The notes under the pieces were generated by a model. It had not been told where the DNA came from, searched no databases, and worked only from the letters and a program-made list of their open reading frames with translations. Positions 20,854 through 30,845 of a stretch of DNA of 50,450 nt are shown one piece after another. This DNA comes from Candidatus Sumerlaeales bacterium (GTDB lineage: Bacteria; Sumerlaeota; Sumerlaeia; Sumerlaeales; Sumerlaeaceae). The stretch covers positions 1-50,450 of the forward strand of contig JBBSQY010000021.1 in assembly GCA_038243585.1 (NCBI GenBank). Reading direction: 5' to 3'. Position 1 is the first letter of the stretch. Every line of letters begins with the position of its first letter. The translations under genes were made by a program, and so were the position numbers.

Positions 20854-21684
20854 GTGATTAAACTTTTAGTATTTCTCGTGCTTTTCGCCCAGTTTTTGTT
20901 TCTAGTCGGTGCCGCACCGGCGGCGGTAATAACAGTTGCTGACCGGATGGACCAGATTGCGCCAATGGTCCGGGAACGTCTTCGCCCGTGGTTTGTGCGC
21001 CAGCGTATTAAATACCCCCCCTCCCGTGTGGCCCTTGTCGCCGTGAAGGACGAACAACGCCTAAAGGTGTACGCGTCGGACCATACTGGAGACTGGCGGT
21101 TCGTGATGCAGTATAAAATTGCAAAGCTCAGCGGGAAGTCCGGACCCAAGTTGCGGGCTGGAGACAATCAAGTGCCAGAGGGCGTCTACGATATTACGGC
21201 CCTTAATCCCCAGAGTAAGTTCTGGCTGTCTCTTGCACTGAACTATCCTAACGCATTTGACCGCCAACAAGCGAAGAGAGACAAGCGGTCGAATCTGGGG
21301 GGAGATATCATGATACACGGCTGGTGGTTCAGCACCGGCTGTGTCGCCGTGGGTAACACTGCGGCTGAAGACTTGTTTGTTCTTGTAAAAGACACAGGCG
21401 TTGATGATGCAAAAATCGTAATTACTCCAACGGATTTCCGGAGCGAATCTTCCGCAAAACAGCTTCCTTCCAAGCCGGAATGGGTTACAGAACTTTATAA
21501 GGATATAAAAGAGGAGCTAAATGCGTTGGGCAGCGACGGGCTTACTACTGAGTCAAAACTTATTGCTTACTCTGACATTGCTCCGCCGCCCCCGCCGGAA
21601 CCAACGACCATCTTTGGCAAAATCCTGCGCGCGTTATCAGAAGCCGCGATAACCTCTTCGACCGAGACAAATGTTTCAAATTGA
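20854..21684 (+). CDS. YkuD-family L,D-transpeptidase-like protein (DpaA/LdtF-like), exported
   Basis: GPKL..GD.QVPEG.Y, LNP.SKF.LS..LNYPN, GGDIMIHG...STGCVA (catalytic His/Cys). A signal peptide follows GTG 20854; start uncertain. Confidence 0.85.
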   Translation: MIKLLVFLVLFAQFLFLVGAAPAAVITVADRMDQIAPMVRERLRPWFVRQRIKYPPSRVALVAVKDEQRLKVYASDHTGDWRFVMQYKIAKLSGKSGPKLRAGDNQVPEGVYDITALNPQSKFWLSLALNYPNAFDRQQAKRDKRSNLGGDIMIHGWWFSTGCVAVGNTAAEDLFVLVKDTGVDDAKIVITPTDFRSESSAKQLPSKPEWVTELYKDIKEELNALGSDGLTTESKLIAYSDIAPPPPPEPTTIFGKILRALSEAAITSSTETNVSN

Positions 21685-21723
21685 TTGCCATCATCTTCTG
21701 ACAAGGCGTTAGTCGATCTACTT

Positions 21724-22548
21724 ATGATGAAACTTCTTGGATTTGGGCAATTTAAAGTGGCTTTTGGTGAGCGGGAGACTAACTTCGCTTGCGTGGAAAC
21801 GCTGTTGCAGGATTTTGCAAAGATTGACCTCCTGGTTCTGCCGGAGTTATGCTTTACAGGGTATGATTTCCGAGATCAGGGCGAAGTGGCTGATCTGGCT
21901 GAACCCATGGGAACTGGCCCAACATCAGATTTCCTTATGCGGTTAGCTGCGCGTTTCTCAGCGGTGGTTATAGCCGGTTATCCGGAAAGATCGGGCGACC
22001 GGTTTTACAACTCCTGCATGATGGCACTCCCGACCGGGGAAATACACAACTATAAAAAAACCCACTTGTTTAGTCGGGAAAACGACCTCTTCTCGCCCGG
22101 CGACGCAGCCCCCACAGTTGTGGAAACTCCCGCCGGTCGCATTGGCATGATGATCTGTTTCGACTGGATATTTCCGGAAGTGGCGCGGTCTCTTGCAATT
22201 GCCGGTGCGCAAATTCTCGCTCATCCCAGCAACTTGGTGCTCCCCTACTGTCAACGTGCCATGTACGCCCGAAGTGTTGAAAATCATCTATACACCATAA
22301 CGGCAAACCGCATTGGTACGGAAGACCGCGCCGGCCGGTCTCTCACGTTCACGGGGGCCAGCCAGATTCTTGGCCCGGAAGGTGACACTCTCGCAGCAGC
22401 TCCTAGCGATTCCGAGGTTGTGCTCACGGCACTGGTAGACTTGGAGCAGGCGGACGCAAAACAAATAAACTCGTACAACCATTTGATCAATTCTCGCCGT
22501 AATGATCTTTTTGGCAACCCGGCGACGGCGGGCGAGGATAAACCATAA
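21724..22548 (+). CDS. carbon-nitrogen hydrolase (nitrilase superfamily)
   Basis: E-K-C triad in LVLPEL, YKKTHLF and MICFDWIFPE. Start at ATG 21724 or 21727. Confidence 0.9.
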   Translation: MMKLLGFGQFKVAFGERETNFACVETLLQDFAKIDLLVLPELCFTGYDFRDQGEVADLAEPMGTGPTSDFLMRLAARFSAVVIAGYPERSGDRFYNSCMMALPTGEIHNYKKTHLFSRENDLFSPGDAAPTVVETPAGRIGMMICFDWIFPEVARSLAIAGAQILAHPSNLVLPYCQRAMYARSVENHLYTITANRIGTEDRAGRSLTFTGASQILGPEGDTLAAAPSDSEVVLTALVDLEQADAKQINSYNHLINSRRNDLFGNPATAGEDKP

Positions 22549-24077
22549 TGTCTTTTTTTACACGAAATCTCTTCTTGATGATCGTTTTCTTAACGGGCGG
22601 AGCTGTACTGATTATCGAAGTCGCTGCCACACGGATATTGGCGCCATGGTATGGAAATACGATATTTACGTTTTCGAGCGTGATCAGCGTGATCCTGGCT
22701 GCCCTTAGCATCGGCTACTATGCAGGCGGCAAACTAGCGGATCGGCGGCCTTCGGCACGATTATTCTTCGCCATCATCGCAGTCTCCGGGCTAAGTGTTT
22801 ACCTAAGTCAGCTCCTTGCGGCTACGCTTCTTCCAAAGATAGGGTATGATTTTTCAATCATGACCGGTCCGCTCGTTTTCTCGATGCTAATGTTTTTTCT
22901 TCCAGCGGTGCTAATGGGAATGCTGTCTCCCTGGGCGATAAAACTTCAAAGCCTGCGAAACCCCGATCAAGGGGTTGGAACGACTTCAGGAAAAGTATTT
23001 TTCTGGTCTACGGTTGGCAGTATCATAGGCAGTCTACTTGCCGGGTTTGTCCTCATTCCTCATTTCGGCCTCGACACGATCATGCTGGGAACAGCTTCGA
23101 TGCTGACCCTAATGGGTGTTATTGGATTTGTCTCTTCCCGTGGGAATGGTCTCTCCGCTATAGTTGTTACAGCGTCCGCAGTCGCCATGGGCATCGGCGC
23201 CGCTATGGCCGGTCAGGCGCCGCTGCCGGGTACTCTTCACGACAAAAACGGAATCTACGAACGAATTACGGTACGCGATGTTTTGCTAGAGGACCGTCCC
23301 GTACGGGTCTTGCAACAGGATCGTGCGTCGTCTGGACTTATCTATCTGGATAATGGAGAAACGGTCGATTATGTAAAATACCCCCCTCTCGTTCCGCTTG
23401 TAAAGCCTGAAGTACGTCGGGCACTGGCTATCGGCGGCGGCACCTATGTGCTACCGCGGGTTCTGGTGGATAATTTCCGGGACGCCACAGTGGACGTCGC
23501 CGAAATCGAACCGTCACTTTATGAAATAGGGCAGAAATATTTCGGTGTAGTGCCTGATGCCCGGTTAGTAAACCACATTACAGACGGACGTCGCCTTCTG
23601 CACGACGCGGCAGAAGACTATGATCTCATTTTCACAGACGTCTATTACGCAATGACTATTCCGTCTCATTTTGCAACGCGCGAGTATCACGAGCTGGTGC
23701 GTGATCGGCTCACATCCGGCGGGGTGTACATGGCCAATCTGGTCGGTGATTTTTCTCCTAAGCCGCCCAATATCCTGTATTCCCAGATGCGCATCATCCG
23801 CGAAGTCTTCCCAAATAGTTATTTCTTCGCAACGATTTCGCCCGATCATGCCGGTACACAAAGCATCGTAGCCTTTGCGATCAACGGCACAAACAAGCTG
23901 GATCTGGAATCGGCAGAGATATTAAAGACTTCGAATCCCTTATTTCGAAGTCTACCCGGCAAACTTATCGACCAGTCAAAAATAGATTGGCAGCGATATG
24001 CCATGATGACGGACAATTTCGCGCCGGCAGAATACTTCGCGCTGCAAACGCTCCGCAGGGAGACGGCGGAGGATTAG
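22548..24077 (+). CDS. membrane protein fused to a spermidine-synthase-like class I SAM-binding domain (fused MFS/spermidine synthase)
   Basis: N-terminal TM bundle (IEVAATRILAPWYG, ALSIGYY.GG.LADR, STVGSIIG) and C-terminal ALAIGGGT, DVAEIEP, TDGR, YDLIFTD and MTDNFAP. Confidence 0.85.
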   Translation: MSFFTRNLFLMIVFLTGGAVLIIEVAATRILAPWYGNTIFTFSSVISVILAALSIGYYAGGKLADRRPSARLFFAIIAVSGLSVYLSQLLAATLLPKIGYDFSIMTGPLVFSMLMFFLPAVLMGMLSPWAIKLQSLRNPDQGVGTTSGKVFFWSTVGSIIGSLLAGFVLIPHFGLDTIMLGTASMLTLMGVIGFVSSRGNGLSAIVVTASAVAMGIGAAMAGQAPLPGTLHDKNGIYERITVRDVLLEDRPVRVLQQDRASSGLIYLDNGETVDYVKYPPLVPLVKPEVRRALAIGGGTYVLPRVLVDNFRDATVDVAEIEPSLYEIGQKYFGVVPDARLVNHITDGRRLLHDAAEDYDLIFTDVYYAMTIPSHFATREYHELVRDRLTSGGVYMANLVGDFSPKPPNILYSQMRIIREVFPNSYFFATISPDHAGTQSIVAFAINGTNKLDLESAEILKTSNPLFRSLPGKLIDQSKIDWQRYAMMTDNFAPAEYFALQTLRRETAED

Positions 24078-24134
24078 CTGATTGGACTCAAATGCCCTAA
24101 TTGCACTACAGCCTGATAGTTTAGCAGTGTTAAT

Positions 24135-24749
24135 TTATGTAGAATCAGCGCCTTCAGCATCAGCTATCCCGTCGACTGAGATCGCGTCGTCTGAAGCAGG
24201 TTGAGCATTTGCATAGTGCAGCAGGAATTCGTCCAGCTCGCGTTTTATTTCGACGCTGCGCTCATCTGTAACATCCACCACAAACACAGCAATTTCATCA
24301 TCCGACCCCTGCTGCCGAAAGATAACCGTCTCGGACTTATCATTTGCGGTCTCGGTCCGCTGCCACTTTAACACGCCATATTTCATTAGTAGATGGCTGA
24401 GAAAAAAGAGCGATTGTCTTATCTCATCGTCCGCATCCTGCATCCGCAGGTGCTCAAACCACGAAGCCAGAGCCGCGTTGCGCTCTTTTTTAGTCTCAAT
24501 TTTTCGGACCTTGGGGGCTTCTCTGCGTGTCACCCAATATCCAACGAAATCCTGCTTGGCCAGTTCTTGCCAGCATGCTGCGCAATAATCTTCGCGCTGG
24601 GGGCCTTCGGCATTTACCTGCCCTTTCCCAGTTGGCGCCGCTTTTCGCAGCAGGCTCGGGTGTTTTCCTGCATGGGCAATTGCAGTCCCACACGTTTCAC
24701 AGGCGTTATGAGGTCGACCGATTTTCAGGTAAGAATCTTTTTCAGCCAA
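24135..24749 (-). CDS. conserved hypothetical protein with two CxxC motifs (putative Zn-binding)
   Basis: CETC...REDYCAACW...GYW and LLMKYGVLKW. Probable TTG start at 24749 after AAGGCGG. Confidence 0.6.
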   Translation of the reverse strand: MAEKDSYLKIGRPHNACETCGTAIAHAGKHPSLLRKAAPTGKGQVNAEGPQREDYCAACWQELAKQDFVGYWVTRREAPKVRKIETKKERNAALASWFEHLRMQDADDEIRQSLFFLSHLLMKYGVLKWQRTETANDKSETVIFRQQGSDDEIAVFVVDVTDERSVEIKRELDEFLLHYANAQPASDDAISVDGIADAEGADST

Positions 24750-24924
24750 AATCGTTTTCCGCCTTATTAGACTATAGATTGTTTCTGCAATGGCTACAGA
24801 GGCCGCTAAATTCGCATTGGATTGCAAACACGAAAAAGTTTGACGGGCATGCTGAGGTGCCACATTGCAGATAGTACCAAGGTTTTATTATTACGATTAC
24901 CCCAGATGGAAAAGAAAGCGTTCA

Positions 24925-25668
24925 ATGTCTAAATCAAACCAATGTCTGGCCACTTTGTTTTTAAGTATCGCGGTCTGCGCAGCTCCTAACGGCTTTGCCT
25001 TGTCGGAAGTTACCAGTAGCACTGCCACTTTAACAGCGAAAAAACCTGACCCCGCACCGCTGTTTCAGATGCATTTCGAAAATAGAGTGCGCTCCTTTAG
25101 GGAGCAAAATCTGGTATATCAGAATGTGGTTCTACTGGGTGACAGCATTACCGAAGGTTTCGACGTTACAAAGTTTCTGCCGGGGCTGCGTGTGCTAAAC
25201 CGCGGAATTGGCGCAGATGTCATAGGTAATGACCTGTCTGAGAAAGATAAGCGTGGAGTCCTTAAGCGCTTGGACGAGTCTGTTTTTCGATGCTCCCCAA
25301 CTGACATCTTTATACTTATCGGAATAAACGATCTTGGCCAAGGCCACACGCCAGAAATTATAGAAGCTGGGTATCGTGAAATGCTCACGAGAATAAGGGA
25401 ACGGCTGCCGAAAGTAAAGCTCCACGTCCAATCATTACTTCCGACCAGGGACAACTTTGCCAAACACAAGGATAACATTAAAGACGTGAATGCCCGAATC
25501 GAGAAACTGGCTTCGGAATTTCAGGCGAATTACGTTAATCTGCACACCCCATTTTCTGACGAACATGGTGAACTAAAAAAAGAGCTAACGAATGACGGCC
25601 TTCATATACTGCCCGCCGGATACGACATTTGGGCTAAAATCATTAGGGAACAGGTCGGCTGGATGTAG
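24925..25668 (+). CDS. SGNH/GDSL-family hydrolase, exported
   Basis: Signal peptide; SGNH blocks LGDSITE, NRGIG, IGINDL and DGLH. Confidence 0.9.
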   Translation: MSKSNQCLATLFLSIAVCAAPNGFALSEVTSSTATLTAKKPDPAPLFQMHFENRVRSFREQNLVYQNVVLLGDSITEGFDVTKFLPGLRVLNRGIGADVIGNDLSEKDKRGVLKRLDESVFRCSPTDIFILIGINDLGQGHTPEIIEAGYREMLTRIRERLPKVKLHVQSLLPTRDNFAKHKDNIKDVNARIEKLASEFQANYVNLHTPFSDEHGELKKELTNDGLHILPAGYDIWAKIIREQVGWM

Positions 25669-25869
25669 TTTACGGTTGTTTAAAGTCAGTGCCATGATAC
25701 AGATATTCCCGCTGAGTACGTTTTTGAATCTGCCTGGCGAACTCGTCGGGCTGGGTAATATCTTGTTTGTGGCTACAATAATACAATTCCAAAGATGTAA
25801 TCCCAAATTGTGGGTTCCGGTCAGGCTATATTAAAAAACGGTACACAGCAGGATAATACAGCCACGCGA

Positions 25870-26622
25870 CTAATCCGTCAAAATAAACGGTCCGTCTTCC
25901 GTAACTGCTATCGTATGCTCAAAATGGGCTGACAGAGAACCATCCGCTGTAACCACGGTCCATTCGTCTTCGAGGGTTTCAGTGTGCCAGGAACCTATGT
26001 TTATCATTGGCTCTATGGCAATAACAAGTCCTGCCTGAAGTCGAAAACCGGTGTCCGGGTGGCCGAAGTTAGGTACTTGGGGCGGCTCGTGCATTGAACG
26101 CCCGATACCATGCCCTGTATACTCACGAACTACACCGTATCCTTCAGCTTCTGCATAATCTTGCACAGCATGAGAAACGGTTCCAATTCGGGTTCCGACG
26201 GTCATTTTTTCGATAGCCTTGTAAAGCGACTGCTCTGTAATCTTAAGCAGTTTACGTGCTTCGGCAGAGATTTCTCCAACAGCAAATGTCGTTGCGGTGT
26301 CGGAGTAGAAACCATCCAGTACTAGGCCACAATCCACGCTGACAATATCACCATCGAGGAGCTTACGATTACTTGGTATACCATGTACTACTTCCTCGTT
26401 AACCGAGGTACATAGCGTGGCAGGAAACCCGTGGTAACCTAGAAACGCGGGACGGGCGCCGGCGGATTCAATTAACGAACGCGCCTTGCGGTCCAAGTCT
26501 GCAGTCGTAACGCCTGGAGCAACCATCGAGGATACTTCATTGAACACCTCGCGCAAAAGCTTTCCAGCAACCCGCATTTTTTGAATGTCAGCCGGTGATT
26601 TTATTTCGATACGTTTAGCCAT
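25870..26622 (-). CDS. map: type I methionine aminopeptidase
   Basis: CTSVNEEVVHGIP, DCG....YSD, GHGIG..MHEPP, AIEPM and AHFEHT. Confidence 0.97.
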   Translation of the reverse strand: MAKRIEIKSPADIQKMRVAGKLLREVFNEVSSMVAPGVTTADLDRKARSLIESAGARPAFLGYHGFPATLCTSVNEEVVHGIPSNRKLLDGDIVSVDCGLVLDGFYSDTATTFAVGEISAEARKLLKITEQSLYKAIEKMTVGTRIGTVSHAVQDYAEAEGYGVVREYTGHGIGRSMHEPPQVPNFGHPDTGFRLQAGLVIAIEPMINIGSWHTETLEDEWTVVTADGSLSAHFEHTIAVTEDGPFILTD

Positions 26623-26646
26623 AATAAGCCCCTGTTAGTAAAACCA

Positions 26647-27386
26647 TCAGATGCCCCTCGCAGTATTGTTGCCCGGGCATACCGGTCTGCCGTTCATGGT
26701 TTCAAGAATCTGATTGACCCGATCCCGGACTTCGGCGACGGTACCAAGACCCTCTGCGGGGTGCAACAGCCCGCGGCCCTGATAATATGCCAACAAAGGC
26801 TCGGTCTGATCATGGTACGATTCGATCCTGCGGCGCACCACGGTCTCGTTATCATCGTCGCGATGCTCCAGTTCCCCACCACAATTAGGGCATCTCATTA
26901 CATTTTCAAGCCGGTTAAGCGCAAGGTTTACAATCATGCCACACGTAGCGCAGGATCGGCGAGCTGTAATGCGGGTAATAAGAACTTCGGGATCAACCAT
27001 GATCGCTATGACGCCAGACAGTTTCATATTAAGGTCGTCAAATATAGCGTCAAGCTGGCTCGCCTGCTCCCTGTTTCGAGGATACCCGTCGAAAAGGACG
27101 CAGGCGTTGTTTCTGTTCAGTTCATGAAGTTTTTTTTTACCATCACGCCGATGTAGCTATCAGGTACAAGCCGGCCTTCGCGCATAAATCCCTCGGCTAC
27201 TTTACCCAACTCGGTCTTTGCGCGAATTTCGTCACGCAGGATGTCGCCGGTTGATACGTGAACGAAGCCGTAAGTTCTAACGAGGTGCTTAGACTGCGTG
27301 CCTTTTCCAGATCCTGGTGGACCAAATAGAATAACGTGCATTCTATTTTGGCTAATGGGCGCTTGGATATTTGGATTCATTGTCAT
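26647..27386 (-). CDS. adk: adenylate kinase with a Zn-type LID, split by a frameshift at the A9 run (27130-27138)
   Basis: The 5' frame has GPPGSGKGTQ, STGDILR and GRLVPD and stops at 27117. The -1 frame continues LHELNRNNACVLFDGYPR...RRSCATCG...CPNCGG...RDDD. One extra A in the run gives a full-length Adk. Confidence 0.92.
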
Positions 27387-27404
27387 AACCTAGAAATTTC
27401 CCTT

Positions 27405-28817
27405 CTACCGCCACCGAGAACTTGTACGACGAGCAGCGAAACCTTCATAATGACGCATAAGCAGCTGCGATTCAACTTGTTTTAGAGTATCCAACAAAAC
27501 ACCGACTACGATAATAAGACCAGTACCGCCCACAAAGGAACCGGCTTGATAGGGCATTTCATATCCGACTTGCAAAACTAACGGAAGTACAGCGATCGCA
27601 ACCAGAAACAATGCGCCGAATGTAGTAATGCGAGTAAGAACGTAGTCGATATACTCACTGGTGGGTCGTCCAGGTCGTTTGCCAGGAACGAAGGAGCCGC
27701 TCTTTTTAAGATTGCTGGCAATGTCATCTGGATTAAAGGTAACAGCTGTGTAAAAATAACAGAAGAAACCAGTCATTAGGGCAAAAGTAATAATATGTGC
27801 ATTGAATGCCTTTAGCACATTAAAGATCCCGCCAGATTCGATTCCGAAGGCGTTGTAAAGGTTGGTGGAACTTTGCATGCTAAAGAAATTACCGACTGCG
27901 GCTCCGATGCCTTCTTCAGCACCTCCAGGTAAAACCTGAGCAAGAAAGCTAGGAAAAGCTAAGATAGCTGACGCGAAAATAACGGGTATTACACCGGCGG
28001 TATTGATCTTAAGCGGAAGGTAACTGGAACCACTGCCGCCCATCTCTCGCTTGCCAACCACTCGTCTGGCATGTTGCATCGGAATACGGCGAGTCCCGTC
28101 TTGGATGAGAATGATTGCTACTGTCGAAAGGATAAAAAAGATGACAATCATGACGGCCCAAATGGCCGGAATTGAACCTTGGCTAATTTGAGTAAAGAGA
28201 GAGACGACATCGCCTGGATATGAAGCAAAAATACCGACTGCGATAATGAGTGAAATTCCATTACCTATCCCGGAATCCGTAATCCGTTCGCCCAGGTACA
28301 TTAAGAATGTGGTACCCGCAGTCATCGCAACCATAGTTGTAAATAAAAACAACCAACTGAGATTTCCGGTCATATACGTAAGGTTCTGACTTTGCAGAAA
28401 AATCCCCATCGCCAAACCCTGGAACAGGGCAAGCATGACGGTAAACTGGCGGGTTAGACGGTTGATCTTAGCCTGACCGACAGCACCTTCCTGTTGGAGT
28501 TTTTGCAACTTTGGATAGACAACGGCCAGGAGCTGAAGTATAATCGATACGCTAATGTACGGCATTATTCCCAAGGCCAAAACGCTCATCTGGCGAAAAG
28601 CGTTTCCGGAGAATAGATCGACCATGGCAAACAAACTGCTGCCAATTCCCTGACGGGAACGATCAATAAACTCAGCCAGGCTTTCGCGATCAATAAATGG
28701 CGTAGGAATATGAGCCCCTATACGGTAAATCAAGAGGATCAACATGGTGTATAGAACTTTTTTCTTTAAATCCGGAATTTTCCAGATATTGCCAAGGGCG
28801 CCAACGCTACGTATCAA
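27405..28817 (-). CDS. secY: preprotein translocase SecY
   Basis: YRIGAHIP, LGIMPYI, GIGNGISLII, LKINTAGVIPVIFAS, PGKRPG and GGTGLIIVVGV. TTG start. Confidence 0.98.
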   Translation of the reverse strand: MIRSVGALGNIWKIPDLKKKVLYTMLILLIYRIGAHIPTPFIDRESLAEFIDRSRQGIGSSLFAMVDLFSGNAFRQMSVLALGIMPYISVSIILQLLAVVYPKLQKLQQEGAVGQAKINRLTRQFTVMLALFQGLAMGIFLQSQNLTYMTGNLSWLFLFTTMVAMTAGTTFLMYLGERITDSGIGNGISLIIAVGIFASYPGDVVSLFTQISQGSIPAIWAVMIVIFFILSTVAIILIQDGTRRIPMQHARRVVGKREMGGSGSSYLPLKINTAGVIPVIFASAILAFPSFLAQVLPGGAEEGIGAAVGNFFSMQSSTNLYNAFGIESGGIFNVLKAFNAHIITFALMTGFFCYFYTAVTFNPDDIASNLKKSGSFVPGKRPGRPTSEYIDYVLTRITTFGALFLVAIAVLPLVLQVGYEMPYQAGSFVGGTGLIIVVGVLLDTLKQVESQLLMRHYEGFAARRTSSRWR

Positions 28818-28920
28818 CTTATTCTAACCTCGTCCAAACGCGACGGGCCGAAGGCCACAAGGGCAGCCTCCGGCCAACCGGATTAATATTATTTCAGATC
28901 TAACTTGTTGTGTTGAATTA

Positions 28921-29388
28921 TTACTCTGCTCGTCCAGCAGCGGCAAGTACTTCGACTGTGCCACCAGCAGCTTCAATTTTTTCACGAGCGGATTTAGAAA
29001 AACGGTGCGCTTTAACGGTTAGCTTTTTTGTTAACTCGCCATTGCCGAGAACTTTGACAATCTTAGCCCGACTACGCACGTTCCCAGACGCTTTCAAGCT
29101 ATCTGGATCGACGGTGGCACCTTCGTTAAAGTTTTCTAACGCATCAAGATTTACAATAATAACTTCCTTACGGAAGATATTCGTAAAACCTCTTTTAGGA
29201 ATGCGCCGAATTAAAGGCATCTGACCGCCTTCAAATCCGCTACCGTACCCTTTACCACGCCCGCTACGCGCTTGCGAGCCTTTGTGTCCGTGGCCTGATG
29301 TCTTACCCAGCCCACTACCTTGACCTCGTCCACGACGTTTGCGGGACTGCGTACGACCTGGGTCGCGACCTAATTCATGTATCTTCAT
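28921..29388 (-). CDS. rplO: 50S ribosomal protein L15
   Basis: [26 protein letters not shown] and RRIPKRGF. Confidence 0.97.
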   Translation of the reverse strand: MKIHELGRDPGRTQSRKRRGRGQGSGLGKTSGHGHKGSQARSGRGKGYGSGFEGGQMPLIRRIPKRGFTNIFRKEVIIVNLDALENFNEGATVDPDSLKASGNVRSRAKIVKVLGNGELTKKLTVKAHRFSKSAREKIEAAGGTVEVLAAAGRAE

Positions 29389-29431
29389 GGTATATGCCTG
29401 TCAATCAACCAAAATCAAATTCGCGAAAAAG

Positions 29432-29617
29432 TCAGTTAACTTTTTCAATGGTACACAGGTAACCAACCTGTCTTATCATGCCCGCAATTTGCGGAGTTAG
29501 TACGTGTTCCCGGGTTTGATGAAGCTTTGTAAAGCCAAGAGCTTTCATGGTTCCGCGATGAATCTTTTTGCGGTTTATGCCGCTCACTACCCAGGTAATT
29601 TTAACTTTATCAGCCAT
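29432..29617 (-). CDS. rpmD: 50S ribosomal protein L30
   Basis: 61 aa; KITW..S.I...ALG......IAGMI; canonical position. Confidence 0.9.
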   Translation of the reverse strand: MADKVKITWVVSGINRKKIHRGTMKALGFTKLHQTREHVLTPQIAGMIRQVGYLCTIEKVN

Positions 29618-29623
29618 TAGTGC

Positions 29624-30328
29624 TTACTCCTCATTGCCTTCCGAGAAGGCAGATGTGTCATATTGTTCCTGTGCTGCCGGCGCGGCCGCTTTTGCACCCC
29701 GTTCGTAGCCAAACAGCTCAGGAATAGATTTGCCGCGCAAGCGAGCAATTTCCTCAGCACTGAGCAACGAGGCAAGACCTGCAACTGTAGCCTTAACAAC
29801 GTTAATCTTATTATTAGTACCTAGAACCTTTGTTAGGATATCGTGGACGCCGGCTAAATTCAGCACTGTACGTACACCCGATCCTGCAATGAGTCCCGTA
29901 CCTTCCGAGGCTGGCTTCAAAACAACTCTGGCAGCGCCAAAACGTCCAACCGTGGCGTGAGGAATTGTGCGCCCACGCATTGGGATTTTTATTAAATTTT
30001 TCTTACCGTCTTCTGCAGCTTTGCTAATAGCTTCTGGAACCTCATTGGCTTTTCCAAACCCAACGCCAACATAACCGTTTCCATCGCCAACCACAACTAG
30101 CGCAGCAAAGCTAAATCGACGTCCGCCCTTTACTACTTTAGCGGTACGGTTTAACTGAATCACTTCTTCTTTAAGATTTAAAGACTTAGGATCAATTCGC
30201 TCTGGAGCGCTGTACGATGAGATATAATTCTCTACCGGCGCAACATCCATTGCTGGGTAGGATTGTTCCGTTTGCGCTTCGTCCGCCTGCACGTCTTCTG
30301 CAACCGATTCCTGTTCGTTCTGACTCAC
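29624..30328 (-). CDS. rpsE: 30S ribosomal protein S5 with acidic N- and C-terminal extensions
   Basis: [32 protein letters not shown] and PASEGTG. GTG start. Confidence 0.97.
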   Translation of the reverse strand: MSQNEQESVAEDVQADEAQTEQSYPAMDVAPVENYISSYSAPERIDPKSLNLKEEVIQLNRTAKVVKGGRRFSFAALVVVGDGNGYVGVGFGKANEVPEAISKAAEDGKKNLIKIPMRGRTIPHATVGRFGAARVVLKPASEGTGLIAGSGVRTVLNLAGVHDILTKVLGTNNKINVVKATVAGLASLLSAEEIARLRGKSIPELFGYERGAKAAAPAAQEQYDTSAFSEGNEE

Positions 30329-30410
30329 AATTAGACCTTTTCCCTTTTACTCAGAAATCGGCTTCCCATGTTGGGGGTCTGCTGCCGATCCCGGAAAGTT
30401 ACCTGGTTCA

Positions 30411-30779
30411 TTAAAATTTCAATCCGGCTTCACGAGCCGCATCAGCGATTGCCTTAACTACACCGTGATAGCGGTAGCCGCTACGGTCAAAAACTACCAA
30501 CTCATGACCAGCTTCACGAGCCTTCTCTGCAATCATACGCCCAATTTCCTTGGCGCTATCGACGTTGGAGAAAGTTTTTTTACCGGAAGCTTTATTCGAT
30601 TTCGTATTTGTAGTTGCACTGACAAGACAGCGTGCAGATTGATCATCTATCAACTGAATGTATAGGTGCTTAAGGCTTTTGTATATTGACAGGCGTGGAC
30701 GTTCAGCAGTCCCCTGAACCTTTTTACGGATGCGCAAGTGCCGCTTTTCGCGCCTTGCTAAATTCTTTGTTTCTAACAT
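30411..30779 (-). CDS. rplR: 50S ribosomal protein L18
   Basis: GTAERPRL, VVFDRSGYRYHG and AREAGL. Confidence 0.97.
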   Translation of the reverse strand: MLETKNLARREKRHLRIRKKVQGTAERPRLSIYKSLKHLYIQLIDDQSARCLVSATTNTKSNKASGKKTFSNVDSAKEIGRMIAEKAREAGHELVVFDRSGYRYHGVVKAIADAAREAGLKF

Positions 30780-30845
30780 TTCTCGGTATATCCTTCTTAA
30801 GTCTGCCGCAAATAGGTAGACGCGTTTACTGCCAGGAGTTAAAAG

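Noticed and set aside
26647..27027. 126-aa ORF as an independent gene
   Set aside because: It is the C-terminal half of adk; its frame stays open upstream to the A9 run.
30369..30391. GCTGCCGATCC shared between the rplR-rpsE spacer and the tuf-rpsJ hairpin
   Set aside because: An 11-nt match between two sites is compatible with chance, and no third copy was seen.
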